A DNA stretch of 64,000 nucleotides from positions 39,680,001-39,744,000 of the forward strand of contig OX597825.1 of assembly GCA_951406725.2 (NCBI GenBank). The letters are read 5' to 3'. The notes beneath the pieces were generated by a model. That model was not told the origin of the DNA and did no database searches. It saw only the letters and a list, made by a program, of their open reading frames with translations. This stretch comes from Octopus vulgaris. Lineage: Eukaryota. Positions 1 through 11,945 of this stretch are shown one piece after another; the stretch's first letter is position 1, and each line of letters begins with the position of its first letter. The translations under genes were made by a program, and so were the position numbers.

Positions 1-127
1 TTAGCCCTGCGGTGACACCAAGAAAAAGCGCAGTGGCTACACCAAGAAAAGGGAAGGAAGAGGAGGTAGGTGAATTGGCACAGCCTCTCCCCAAGTTTCA
101 AATGTAAGTAAACTTTTATTTCTGCCA

Positions 128-2490
128 TGGCGATTAAGTAAGGGTGCATAAATATGCGTGGGCTGGGGTCGAAATGGAAGCAATGTTGTCTCCTGGACGA
201 CCTCAGGTCACAGGATATAGACGTTTACATTGTCACGGAGTCCAAGATGTGTGAGCCAGAAGCGTTCTCACCTCTTCTACTAGAGTGCTATAATCTAGTA
301 GACCGTTACAGACACGATGAGCCGATCGTTCCACAATGGACGTGGAGTAATAACGACGGCTCACGCAGATCTTACATCGAGTATTCGTTAGGGAAAGAGA
401 TAGGAATACTTTTAGCTGTCCACAATTTTGTATTGTGCCTTACACAAATTTGTGACGTGTAAGGTACATATATATATAAATGCCATAGACAAGGACCCGG
501 GTACTGGAAGATGAATAAATCTATTTGAACTTGTTAAGCATTCCGTACCAGGATTAAGGGTTTAGCACAGAGGACATTATGTGGCGCCATCATTAATAAT
601 AGATGGTTACACGCCCTCAAGATGGCCATTCGTTTAGAGTCTGCTAGCTTTAACAACCAGCTAAGTTCAGATAGATCTAGAATAGAAGAGGAACTAGTTA
701 AGAAATTAGACGACGCTTTGGAATCTGGCTCTGCAGAGAGATTGCTGGCGGCGAGAACGGTCTTGTACCGTCACCTCAAAGCCGAGCGCGAAGAATGCAG
801 AGTTATATGTAAGTTACATGCAGTGGGCCGAGAAGATACTAACGTTGCCGGGCGGGCTCGTCGTGTGGATTGTCAGAGGAGCAAAAAAGTCACTAAGTCT
901 TTAACTGAGGAGCAAGAGTGTAAGATCTATGAACAGAAAAAATGCAAGAGGCCTTTCACCAGCATTTCGCCGTCTTGTTCGGACAGGTCGACTCGCTTGA
1001 GAGTGAGGAGCCCTTAAAGGACTTCCTCGCCGGCATGTGAGGTTAAATGCAGTGAAGGACCGATTACACTTGTGGAGGTCAAAGAGGTTTTGGCTGAGTG
1101 CGCCGGAGATAATTCGCCGGGGCTGGATGGTCTCCCCTATGAGTTTTATCGTAGCATGCCGGACTTCTTAGGAGACCTGCTAGCGGGCATCTACACAAAT
1201 TGGCAACAGAATGGGAGGATTACCTGCCTTGTGAGTCGAGAAATGGTAGAGTTAAAAATTTTGGTCAAAATGTTAGCAAAAAGGGTGACGCGTGTTGTGG
1301 AGAAGCTTGTACGGAAGGTGCAGACATGCGCCATTCCGGGCAAGTCGATCCAGGACAATTGTCACCTTATACACTACACCTTAGGCAGGGTTGGTAAATT
1401 AACCGGCAAAGGTGGGGCACTGTTCCATTTAGACCGAAGTGAAGCGTTTGGTAGACCACCAGTACCTGGCGGCGGTTCTCGAAGCGGCTGGGCTGGGACT
1501 GGACTTCTGTAGGTGGATCTCCACAATGTATAGCAACATCCAATCCACCATTCAGATAAACGGCTACCTGTCGTAGCCGTTTTCGATCAAGGGTGTCCTC
1601 TATCCCCCTTCTGTTTGTTTTGGCTTTTGAGCCATTTCTGTGGAAGTTGAAGAATTTGGGACGCACCCCCATTGAAATAGAATGCGATAAGTCGGCCTCT
1701 GCTTTTGCAGATGACGTCACCATCATCATGTCCAATGAGGCTGAGCTACCTTGTGTAGAAGACGCTATCAAATTATACGAGTCGGTTGTAGGAGCAAAAG
1801 TGAACAAGGACAAGTCCATCGGCTTGCGCCTCGGAACCTGGAGGAGCAAACCGGTATTTTCCAGCGTCGCGGGTTACTGGACAGATGGCCTTGTTAAGTT
1901 GCTTGGTGTTTGGTTTTGACCGGACTTTCAAACGGAGAAGAATTGGAGCGAGGTGGCATACAGGGTGGAAGCTCAAGTTCGGATTTGGTCCGAGCGGGCT
2001 CTATCCCTGAAAGGAAGGGTGGAGGTGTTTATTGCATCTATAATCACCTACCGCCTCACCGTTATCCCTTGCCCCAACTCTTGCTAAACACGTTGGAGTG
2101 CCTCCTTCTCCGCTTTTTGTGGAAGGGAAGAAGGCCACTTGTAAGGTTCTCCGTCTACTGCTAGGGATGCCCTGGCTTATGATGTGCAGACATGCATTAA
2201 GGCTGAGCCATCTCTGGTGATAACAGAAAGGTGATAAGGTGTGGAATTCGCTGGCGGAAGAATTTTTTTCACGACCAGTCTCCTTAGAGAGGTTTAAACC
2301 TGGTTCTATTAAAAAACGGAATCTGATGGGAACCTTCATCTGTAGCCCAGGATTGCTCACTTATTTCAGATATCATCTGAAGTGCCACCATGGGGTGGGG
2401 AGGAGACGACTCTCGCGAGATGTGTTCGAGAAAAGATGGAAGGATGTGGTAAGGAAGGTGGGTATAAGTGAAACGGTTAATCTACATGGA
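128..2490 (+). mobile_element. Degenerate L1/Tx1-clade LINE ORF2 (APE endonuclease + reverse transcriptase), many stops and frameshifts
   Basis: ORF fragments carry APE motifs (NMRGL, DIDVYIVTESK, WTWSN...SYI, GPGYWKMN) and RT motifs (SPGLDGLPYEFY, QTCAIPGKSIQDN, PLLFVLAFEP, AFADD, VNKDKS, LLGVWF), ending in a Tx1-like C-terminus (FEKRWKDV). Confidence 0.9.
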
Positions 2491-2689
2491 GAAAGATAAA
2501 GGCATAATCGCTGGGATTTACGCTCATCAGAGTGAATCCTTCAGCCAAGCAATAAAATGTTCAGAATATATTATAGTATATAATCATCAGAATTTTAAAG
2601 TTTCATCGGAACTCACTGTAATATTTGTCTGCTTGTTCTGTCTTGCTGGTCCGTTCTGTGTCAGATATTATCATCTTAATAAAGAAATA

Positions 2690-2920
2690 TAACGCCAACC
2701 GGTGGTGGTCACACGCTGATGACTCGTCAATACTCAGAAATCCTGATCTGTGTGTATCACATCAGGCTGGGGATTCGAATGATCACTTCCCTTTGCAAAT
2801 ACTGATAGGGCACAGAAAGTGTGTCAATAGCCAGCTGGTGGAGATGTCTTCCTCAGGCTACAAGCTACAGTAGCATCAACCCTTAAGTGTTAGCCACATT
2901 TAAGTGGCAAATATACTACA
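2690..2920 (+). mobile_element. Non-coding element ending in (TA)n, same family as 48783-49247; contains CTGATGA...GAAA
   Basis: Shares GATAGGGCACAGAAAGTGTGTC-ATAGCCAGC and GGCTACAAGCTA-AGTA-CATC-ACCCTT...TGGCAAATATACT with 49129-49247. Both copies end at the same point in TA repeats. Confidence 0.7.
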
Positions 2921-3068
2921 TATATATACATATATATAATTTATGTATGTATTAGGTATATGTTTACATGGAGATGTATCTATGCATCTATATATATTAG
3001 TTTGTATGTATATGAATGCCAAATTGTATATAAACTTGTGGACGAAAAGAATGGAAATGAGAGTCATG

Positions 3069-3131
3069 TACTACACGTATTTCAGAAGACTACTAACCGC
3101 ATAATTATTTATTGTTCTTTTTCATCAGGTA
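3069..3131 (-). ncRNA. Degenerate type I hammerhead ribozyme motif
   Basis: Minus strand reads TAC-CTGATGA-AAAAGAAC...GTCTTCT-GAAA-TACGTG-TA-GTA, giving stem I TAC/GTA, an imperfect stem II and a near-palindromic stem III. Confidence 0.6.
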
Positions 3132-4689
3132 TTTTCCTCTGTTAGACATGCTTTGCAGTAATGACTTCACAAACAGAAAACTGGAAAAAAGATTTATACA
3201 TTTTTACGATTGGAATGAGAATGGGAAAGGGACTTGATCAATAGACAATAATGTGCCATTTCTGCAAATAAATTCATTGAAGATGAGTGTGGTTTTAGGA
3301 GTGTCAGATTTTACTCTGTATAATTTGATTTATTCAGAGAGGTTAATTGCTTTCTTAAATTTTCTGAAGGAAAACACATTATCCCAATGTCTTGTCCACA
3401 TAATGGCTAGATGAGTAATTTTAGCAAGACTTTTTGTAAGGGCTATATTATTGCTACCCATTTTATTTTATAAGATAAAAATGTTTGGTATAGGTTGATG
3501 GTTGCCTTACGGGAAGAGGTTTTCCTTAGGTAGTCAAGTAAATTTCTTCACCTAAAAAGCCCAATATGAGATTGTGTTGAGAAACCTGTACACCTTGACT
3601 CCGTTACATGCAGGTTTAGGTATAGAAAGTTAATTTTAATTGTGACAAGTATTGTGGAGAGGTGCATAATTCTATCTGAAGTTGAAAGAGTGTTTGTGAA
3701 AAAAACAAACAGTTAAAGACAGATAAGTAGCGGGATGAAGAACAGAAGTGGATAAAAATGAAAATGCAGGAAAAATTGAAGAAAATTAAAAACGCGAGGA
3801 CGAGGAAAATGAGAATGCAGAGAAGACGATTAGGAATAAATAAGAATGAGCAGAAAGAATAGTAGGAGTAGGAATGTTGATAGAAGTAAAGGAAATAAGT
3901 CTTCTGGAGCCGATAACCATTTCAATGAATGTTTCGCAGATAATGGCGTCAGTGTTGAGTCTAAGTCGTTCTTTTGAAATTTTGAGTAAAAATAAACTTG
4001 TCTCCCATGATTAGAAGCTGAATTGTTGGAAGCACAACAATCACACGTCCGTAATACGTAGTTCTGTAGCAAATGTATATGTAAACAGTGTATCAATAGC
4101 GATGGTACAAGTCTTGTTGCTTTTGACTGTGTTAAGTTGCTGTTCAATATTTTCAATCTTGAAGCTGAAAGCGTCAGCGTTGATATTGCGACTATACTTA
4201 TACGACGGTTTGAAATGAATACAAACAACGAGGTTGTGTTTATACTGAAGCTATAAAAGATTCAGTTAGGAACTATCTTTATCATTAGCGAACGTACATT
4301 TCTATATGTCACTTATCGGAATATATGAACTTAAAGCTCAGAGTATTGGATTTGCTCAAAATTTTATGTATTGGCTGAAGACGGTATGAATTGTGGAAGA
4401 CGTCTTTTAATAAGCTATAGTAAATGCTGCAATGTTAGAAACTAGCTCAATTATAGTATTCCCTCAGGTGTATGTTAATCACCCCACCAAAATCTTTCAG
4501 AAATTACTTTGACATCCGATCTGAAGTAATTCTTCCAGATTTTGAATAGCTTCAATGCGTTTGTAAATTTCGACTGTCTTAGACGTAATACTACACGTGA
4601 AGGTCAGTTTGAATAAAGCGTTATCAGATACAGTTATTAAAATAATTTCAAAGCAAATATACATTATATATACTTGCACACGGGGGTAT

Positions 4690-4706
4690 GTGTGTGTGTG
4701 TGTGTA

Positions 4707-4752
<46 letters not shown>
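4690..4752. repeat. (TG)n microsatellite
   Basis: Direct reading. Confidence 0.95.
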
Positions 4753-4755
<3 letters not shown>

Positions 4756-7047
4756 TAAAGAAGATTTCAAACAGTTTTCACTACTCTGTGGGAGTGTTAC
4801 CACTGAAACCACACTACGCTCATAGCTCATAACTTCACACCTGAGCATGGCTGAAATTACTATATTGTTTTGCATATGTTATGTGTACGTTGATGATTTT
4901 ATTCAATGGATACCTTAACATAATTCGTAAGAAGAAGTATTCAAAAATTGTATTTCATGCCAAACACATATATGGAAAGCGAGATTTTTATATTTCTAGA
5001 AAATAATCAAGAAGGGCAAGAATAGAAAGCGCTAGCTCTTTACACGAATGAAGCTAGTGAATTAAACAGATGAACGTTGTTTATTAAAACACAATATAGT
5101 TACACAAGCATTAGATATTACATATACAAGTGCACGTAACAGCATATCTCCATAATGAGAAACGTTTTGACTGTTCAAATTGTATCCTTTTGAACTACAT
5201 AGAAAAATTAGTTTTATAAATTGTGGCACCTGTCAACTTTTTCAATGAAATCAATTCAAATATAAATCAATTTTTTCTTCTCACTTATATCTCTTCTAAG
5301 TCACATCCGAACTAATTTAGAAGTATTACTTGTATCAGTATTTATATATTTCTTCGTAAAACTAGAAAAATGATAGATAGTTGATTGAAAAGAAGCACCG
5401 GTAGCATGAGACACCGTATCTATAATATTGTCCTAATCGTGGGAAACGCTAAGCATTGATATTGCGTACGCGATTTGAGTGACATAATCAAAGTATTACA
5501 CCAATAATTTCGTCATTAGACGAAATGAGAAGTGCCTAGTGTTTTGCATCGAAAGTATGAGTCACACTGCATAACTGGAAGTATAAGTGACTTGCAACCA
5601 TTGAATAGATAGAAAAATTCCAATTCCAATGTAATGAGGAATTATAGCAATACCGACTTTAAAATAGAGCTTGCGGTTTTCACTTCTGTGTGCGTCTGTG
5701 TTCGAGAGTGTGTACGTGTGAGTGAGTGTGTATGTGTGTATGAGTGTGCATGAGCGTGTGCATGTGTGTGTATGTGTGTGTGTGTGTGTGCACGCGTGTA
5801 AGCAACGCAGCTGGATTCTCCTGAGATGCTATTTCAAACAGAATATTTTCAGGATGACTCATCGCAGTACAATCTATCTTCTTAGAAAGGCATCCGTTTG
5901 ATAGTAAGAAAGAAAAGCATAAATATAATAGCTTTTTAAATTAGAGTTGAAATGTGGTCAAACTGTTTTCAACCGATACATATATTTAGCCAATACATGC
6001 ATTCAAACAATACATATATTGCCCAAGCGCACGCGCGCTTAAGTGCATATTCATCCGCATGATGTAGCTAACACTCAAATATACGTTTTTTTCAAATCAT
6101 TACATGCTCTCAATATTTTATGTTGGTTAATGTGCACGTAGCTACGTTATCACATGACATGTTAGAATATTTGCAATCATAGTCTACTGTCATAGCTTAT
6201 TTGTATAGTTGAACAGAATGACAACTATATAGTATTTACAGCTGCTATATTTATTAGTTAAGCCTGCTTCATATCACAAACAGTATTTGAGAAAAGTTTA
6301 CTTAGGTAATTATGTTGGAAAAAATTTCCTACACATAGGGATAAAGCGGTATATTCATCATTAGAATATATTAGTTGATAGAGGTGTTATGAAATAGATT
6401 TACTACAGACAAATTGCAATAGAAGGAAAGAAAAGCAGTGCGCAAAACAAGAAGCCACGGCAATACACTTACTTGAAATGCAATAATCCTTGGTTACACC
6501 ACGTGCACAATTGTGTGGAATATGAATATAATGTCTTGAGGGGATAATTAATGTTTTATGCCAGACACTGGAAGAAAATGCCAACAATTTCAAACAGATC
6601 ATACATGGCATTTACCACTAGAAGCTCAACATACGTAAAAATTTCCCGTGGCTAAAACTAATATATGGTTTAATGGATGGAGAGCAATGCAAAGGACGAA
6701 GCTAATCACATTACGCTGGCGAAATTCGGTTGAATCGGTTGAAATCTGCGTCAATAATGTCTTGGTTTGAACTTGTTCTTTATCACTTGTTTGTGAGCAT
6801 TTAAAGATGGCACAAAGCTTTAACAAATGTGTATTTAATGCAAAGAGATTGATATTTTCAATAAGAAATTTGATGTTGACTTAGATATCTGAAACAAAAT
6901 CGCTGTATCCTTACTTAAATCTGCACTGTTGTGAAGTATATTTGTGTCTTGTCACGAGATGTTGCTCAGCAGAAGGTGAAGAAGGACCTTAAAGCAATTC
7001 ACCGCCTTGCAACACATCCTTCATTCGTGGGTGTAGTGTAGCAATAC

Positions 7048-7277
7048 TTCTTTCTTTACCACCCACAAGGGGCTAAACACAGAGGGGACGAACAAGGACA
7101 GAAAAACGGATTAAGTCGATTATATCGACACCAGTGCGTAACTGGTACTTATTTAATCGACCCCGAAAGGATGAAAGGCAAAGTCGACCTCGGTGGAATT
7201 TGAACTCAGAACGTAGCGGCAGACGAAATACTGCTAAGCATTTAGCCCGGCGTGCTAACGATCCTGCCAGCTCGCCG
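7048..7277 (-). mobile_element. SINE with Nin/Deu-like central domain (family A)
   Basis: Reverse complement reads GGCGAGCTGGCAGGATCGTTAGCACGCCGGGC...TTCTGAGTTCAAATTCC (B-box-like)...GTCGACTTTGCCTTTCATCCTTTCGGGGTCGAT. Related copies lie at 8030, 9953, 17520, 27640, 42060 and 46700. Confidence 0.85.
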
Positions 7278-7779
7278 ATATACTAACGAGCGTGTTTGTG
7301 TGTATGTGTGGAGGGGATGAAATTGGTATCAGTGTTGTACATATGCCTGTTTGTGGTTATATATGAGCTTGTATAAGCGTAGGAAAGGGGACATGTGAAA
7401 GTGCTGTGTGTATCAAGTATGCGTAATGTGGGTATGCTTTTATTTGTGAATGTGACAAAATGGTACGTGAACGACTATGTGTATGTACGTTTCTGAATGT
7501 GTTTGTATGTGTCTGAATGTGCGTAAATGTGAGTGAAAACATGTGCAGGCATTTGTACATCTAGATATGGTCATCAGAGACATTGTCGGAACAGAGGGGG
7601 CATGGATGTTAATTTCAAGTTACTCCCTCTAACACACCTTCAACTCGCAGGTGATATCTACGTTTCCGAAAAAAGAGATCAGTTGTAAATTATGATGAGA
7701 GCTGGACACCCATAGCTCAACAGTTGGCCACAAAATTTCAGAAAATACATGTCTGAAACTACCTCATGGCCAAATAGAG

Positions 7780-8010
7780 CTGACAACTGATGAAATCGAG
7801 GATTTAGTGCCATATGTCTGTTTGAATCGCATGGTTAATATGCACCGAAATATGAACTTTGAAATTTCCATTAAAATAAAAACAGGATGGAAGGGATTTA
7901 CCTCAATAAAAGATGTATTGTAAGCAAATCTTGACCACACTCTTCGTACGTGTACTTTAAAAACTACTGCCTAAGTAACATTTATACGTAAGCCAGAAGT
8001 GGATTATCAA
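7780..8010 (+). mobile_element. Possible RTE-type LINE C-terminal fragment, heavily decayed
   Basis: Translates loosely to EI..KIKTGWKGFTSIKDVL...LP...Y..E.W, typical of RTE post-RT regions. Confidence 0.4.
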
Positions 8011-8029
8011 TAATAGCATATAAATAATA

Positions 8030-8220
8030 CTTAGCGGTATTTCGTCTGCAGTTGCTTTCTGAGTTCAAATACTGCCGAGGTCGACTTTGCCTTTCATCCT
8101 TTCAGAGTTAATTTAATAAATTCCAGTTACGCACTGGTGTAGATTTAATCCACTGAATCCCTTTGTCTGTCCTTTATTTGTCCCATCTACGATTGACCCC
8201 CTCTGGCAATAAAGAAATAA
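8030..8220 (+). mobile_element. SINE family A copy, 5' truncated
   Basis: TTAGCGGTATTTCGTCTG...GAGGTCGACTTTGCCTTTCATCCTTTC...AATAAAGAAATA matches the 7048-7277 copy. Confidence 0.8.
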
Positions 8221-8692
8221 TAGCATATGAATATTCGATTGAAAACACTTCTGGATTTACAAAAATGTGAAAGTTGCGCGTGGAACTTCAACCCAGTAAT
8301 GACAGTCGTTTTTGCCATTGCCCCAAAGTAATCCTTTGCAATTCTCTATTCCAGGACAAATTTTCTAAAATCAAATATCCCATACATGTGTACCTAGGCC
8401 ACTGTATACTCAGTGGATATGTACCTTAGAAAATATGAGTTACTTCGGATGCTCCTTTATCCTATAAGATGGCCACATACACATTGATATTGTTGATGTC
8501 GCTGACTCTTCAGTTTGGCTTCAGTTCTGTCAAACCTCGCGTATATTCTCTCACATCACAGTATTCTTCAGTGTGAAAAAACTATCAGAGAATATGCGAA
8601 ATGCCGAAAACTGGCTATAATATTATAACTAACAAATGGTAGAGAACTGGCAGAGCCAAATACTTTTCGTCTGTCTTTAAGCTCTGATTATA

Positions 8693-9950
8693 CGAGGGGC
8701 GTTCAATAAGTAATGCCTCTGACCCACTTCCCATAGCAGTAGAGCAACGAAACTTGGCACAGCTATTAGTCTTTTTCTACATGGGAACCACCCAGAGATA
8801 CGCATTTCTCCCATCGTTTGATGCGGATCTGGAGACCATTTTTGTAGAAGAACCCAGCTTGGTCCTCCAACCTCAACGTGACTTCAGAAATCAAGGCTGC
8901 ATCATCTGGGAAACGCTTTCCTTTCAAAAACAACTTCATGACTGGGAAGAGGTGAAAATCAGAGGGTGCAAGGTCAGGAGAGTAGGGGAGATGGGGAGGA
9001 GTTCATAGCCATACGCCTGTGCTTCTGATCTGGCGACAAGCGAGTTGTGGACCGGTGCGTTGTCCTGCAGGAGGAGGATGCCTTTGCTGATCTTGCCCCG
9101 CCTCTTGATTTTGATAACTTCTCTTAATTTCCTCAAAAGTGAAGCATAATAGGCTCCTGCAATTGTGGTAACCTTTGCCAGGAAATCTGTCAACACTACT
9201 CCGTCCTGGTCCCAGAAGACAGTGAGCATGACCTTGCCAGCGGAGGGCTGCACCCTTGCCTTCTTTGGAGGGGGTGAGTCACGGTGCTTCCACTGCATTT
9301 ACTGGGCTTTGGTCTCTGGATCATCGTGATGGACCCAGGTTTCATCCTGTGTAATCAGTCTTTTGAAAAATTTTGACTCATCTTCTTGGCACATCTCCAA
9401 ATTCATCCTCGAGCACTCGACGCCTTCTTGCTTCTGGAAAGGCGTGAGCAACCTGGGAATCCATCTGGCAGACACGTTTTGCATATGCAAATGGTCATGA
9501 CCTCATGGGCTATTTGGCGAATAATTATGCGTCGTTCTTCCAAAATGGCAGCCTCAACTTGACGGACAGATGCCCCATCAATGGCAGAAGGGGGGCGACC
9601 AGATCTGGGAGCTGTTTCCACAGAGTTCCGACCATGTTTGAATTCACGATGCCAGCGTTTTACAAGGTCATATGATGGGGCATCATCACCATAAGTTACT
9701 TTCATTTCATCAAAAGTCTCCCGTGGTGTGCGTCCTTTCAAATACAAAAACCGGATCACTGCTCGACACTCAACAGGCTCCATTTCACACTTGACTCGGT
9801 TCAAACACCTGTAAATCAAAAACCACAATTAATTCAGAGCTGTAATTTGCCACTTAATTTATAGAAATATAAACGATCGTACATGCAAAATTTCATTTAG
9901 GTCAATCAACTGCAAGCGGGTCAGAGGCATTACTTATTGAACGTCCCTCG
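8693..9950 (-). mobile_element. Full-length mariner (DD34D) transposon with TIRs and TA target duplication; transposase disrupted
   Basis: TIRs CGAGGGGCGTTCAATAAGTAATGCCTCTGACCC and GGGTCAGAGGCATTACTTATTGAACGTCCCTCG, flanked by TA at 8691-92 and 9951-52. Motifs: WIPRLL, ITQDETW, LLQDNAPVH, YSPDLAPSDF. Confidence 0.95.
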
Positions 9951-9952
9951 TA

Positions 9953-10085
9953 CATTCCGCCGGGCTCTACTTTGTCTTTCATTCCTTCCAGGTCGACAAA
10001 GTGATTACCAGTTGATTACTGGGATCGATATTATTGAATAAACAAATACCTAGAACATGCTGGCCTTGTGCCAAAATTTAAAATA
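9953..10085 (+). mobile_element. 3' part of a SINE family A copy interrupted by the mariner (5' part at about 8660-8690)
   Basis: TACTTTTCGTCTGTCTTTAAGCTCTGA on the left joins ATTCCGCCGGGCTCTACTTTGTCTTTCATTCC on the right to rebuild the SINE consensus. Confidence 0.7.
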
Positions 10086-11411
10086 TATATTATTTAACTA
10101 CTAGGTAGTAGAATTACATTTACATACCTGTTACTGCTAAATTAGAATACTATAAATGTGGAGGTTGCATCAAATATTAATACAATTTTTGTTATTTGCA
10201 ATTTCACTCCCTAACGTTGCAACTTCAATATAATGAAATTATGTCACGATGAAACTATTAAAGATAGAAAGAAAAGAATTTAGGAATATTGTAGCAATTT
10301 TCAAGATCGTTTTCTAAGCATGTTTCGAAATTTGTAGTTCTATGATACTTATGCATCAAGTGGTGTATTTTGTTTTGTTTCTTCTCTCTATCTATCCATC
10401 TATCTATCTATCAATCTATCTATCATTCCTTCTTTCTTCTTTCCTTCCTTTCTTCCTTTATTTCTTTCTGCCTTACTTTTCCTTACATTCTTTCTTTCTT
10501 GCCTTCATTCTTTCATCTTTTTTATTTTCTTTCCTTTTCCTCGTGTATCTAACATAAAATAGTTGTGTGTACATTTCCTAAAAAGATTTTTCTATTCTCC
10601 ACAATTATTAGCTGATATATTATAACACTTGTTGAATATATTTATTTCAAAAGTAATTATTTCCTTTCTCTCTTCGCCATTGATATGTAGCACTAGTTCA
10701 GCTCACACTAGCACTTGAAGTTTTTCATGCTTGTACCGGCTTCAGCTACTTGTACTATAAACGAATCTTTTAATTACACATCAAGTATATCTTCCTGACA
10801 AATATACTCTACAATATTCCAAGAATGCTCAATAAAATGTTTCCGGTTAAGGACTCCTGGATACAATGCTGTACACAGACACTCATCATTAATTGAAATT
10901 TGCCACTCAGACAATTAGACGTCCTTTGCATAGTGAAGTCTTATCGACCTAACGGATCAGCGGGCGAAACTGATTAGCTACACAGAAAGAATTATGACAA
11001 GCATTTAATAAATCTCATATCGGAATTTCAAGACAGAAGTGTTTCGAATTAATTGAATTAAAATATATTATTTTGCTTTATTTTTAGTACAATATTCAGT
11101 ATTGAGGTTAATGACCCAACATAATTAAGGCTAATTACCCTCAAGATACATTATCTCATAATTATGCAAGTTATAAATAAATAAAATATATAATTCGTTA
11201 CATTTTTCCATTTTCCTTTACGGAAAAGGCTTCCCAGTTGATTAGATGAGCTTCGTTATTCAACAATATGCTGATAAAATTCAATAGACCAAAGTATTTC
11301 TATATTTGGCATGAAAATGCTAAATACTAGCACTAATTTTTGATAAAGATTATGTTTCAAATATTCTAGTGAATCACCGACATCAAACTGCCGGCGTGAC
11401 CTCGTTTTATT

Positions 11412-11601
11412 TCAGTTTTATATTTAAGAGATGGGCAATTACATACAATATTTACAATATTTGCATTTGACGGATATTTGTTCTAATCTTCATCGTTCGG
11501 TAGATATAACTTCCAACTTTTAGCAGGTGTCTTGGGGAAATTTCGAACCTGGATTCTCATTCCTAAGGTATTTTTCAATGTTGTTGTTGTTGTTGTTGTT
11601 G

Positions 11602-11636
<35 letters not shown>

Positions 11637-11945
11637 GTTATTATTATCATTATTATATTATCGTGGGCGTATGGGGTAGTGGTTAAGAGCGCGATTTACT
11701 AACCCCACGATTCCGAGTTCGATTCCAGGCAGTGATCTCAGTAATAATAAGAATAATATAATAATGATAATAATAATAATAAGAATAAGAATAACAACAA
11801 CAACAACAACATTGAGAAATACCTTAGCAATGAGAACCCAAGTTCAAAATTTCCCCAAGACTGGTATATCAGCCGAAACGTTGTGTTAAAAACAATGAAG
11901 ATGAGGACACAATTATACGTCAAATTAAATAATGTAAATAATGTT
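11412..11945. mobile_element. tRNA-headed SINE-like element with (AAT/AAC)n linker and HHR-like tail, preceded by an inverted copy of its own tail
   Basis: Head 11663-11740 has A box (TGGGGTAGTGG) and B box (GAGTTCGATTCC) motifs. Tail 11810-11945 is homologous to the reverse complement of about 11445-11583 (AAATACCTTAG-AATGAGAA-CCA-GTTC-AAATTTCCCCAAGAC). Confidence 0.7.

Noticed and set aside
11663-11740. Functional tRNA gene
   Set aside because: There is no proper acceptor stem or T-run terminator, and it continues into a repeat tail, so it is treated as a SINE head.
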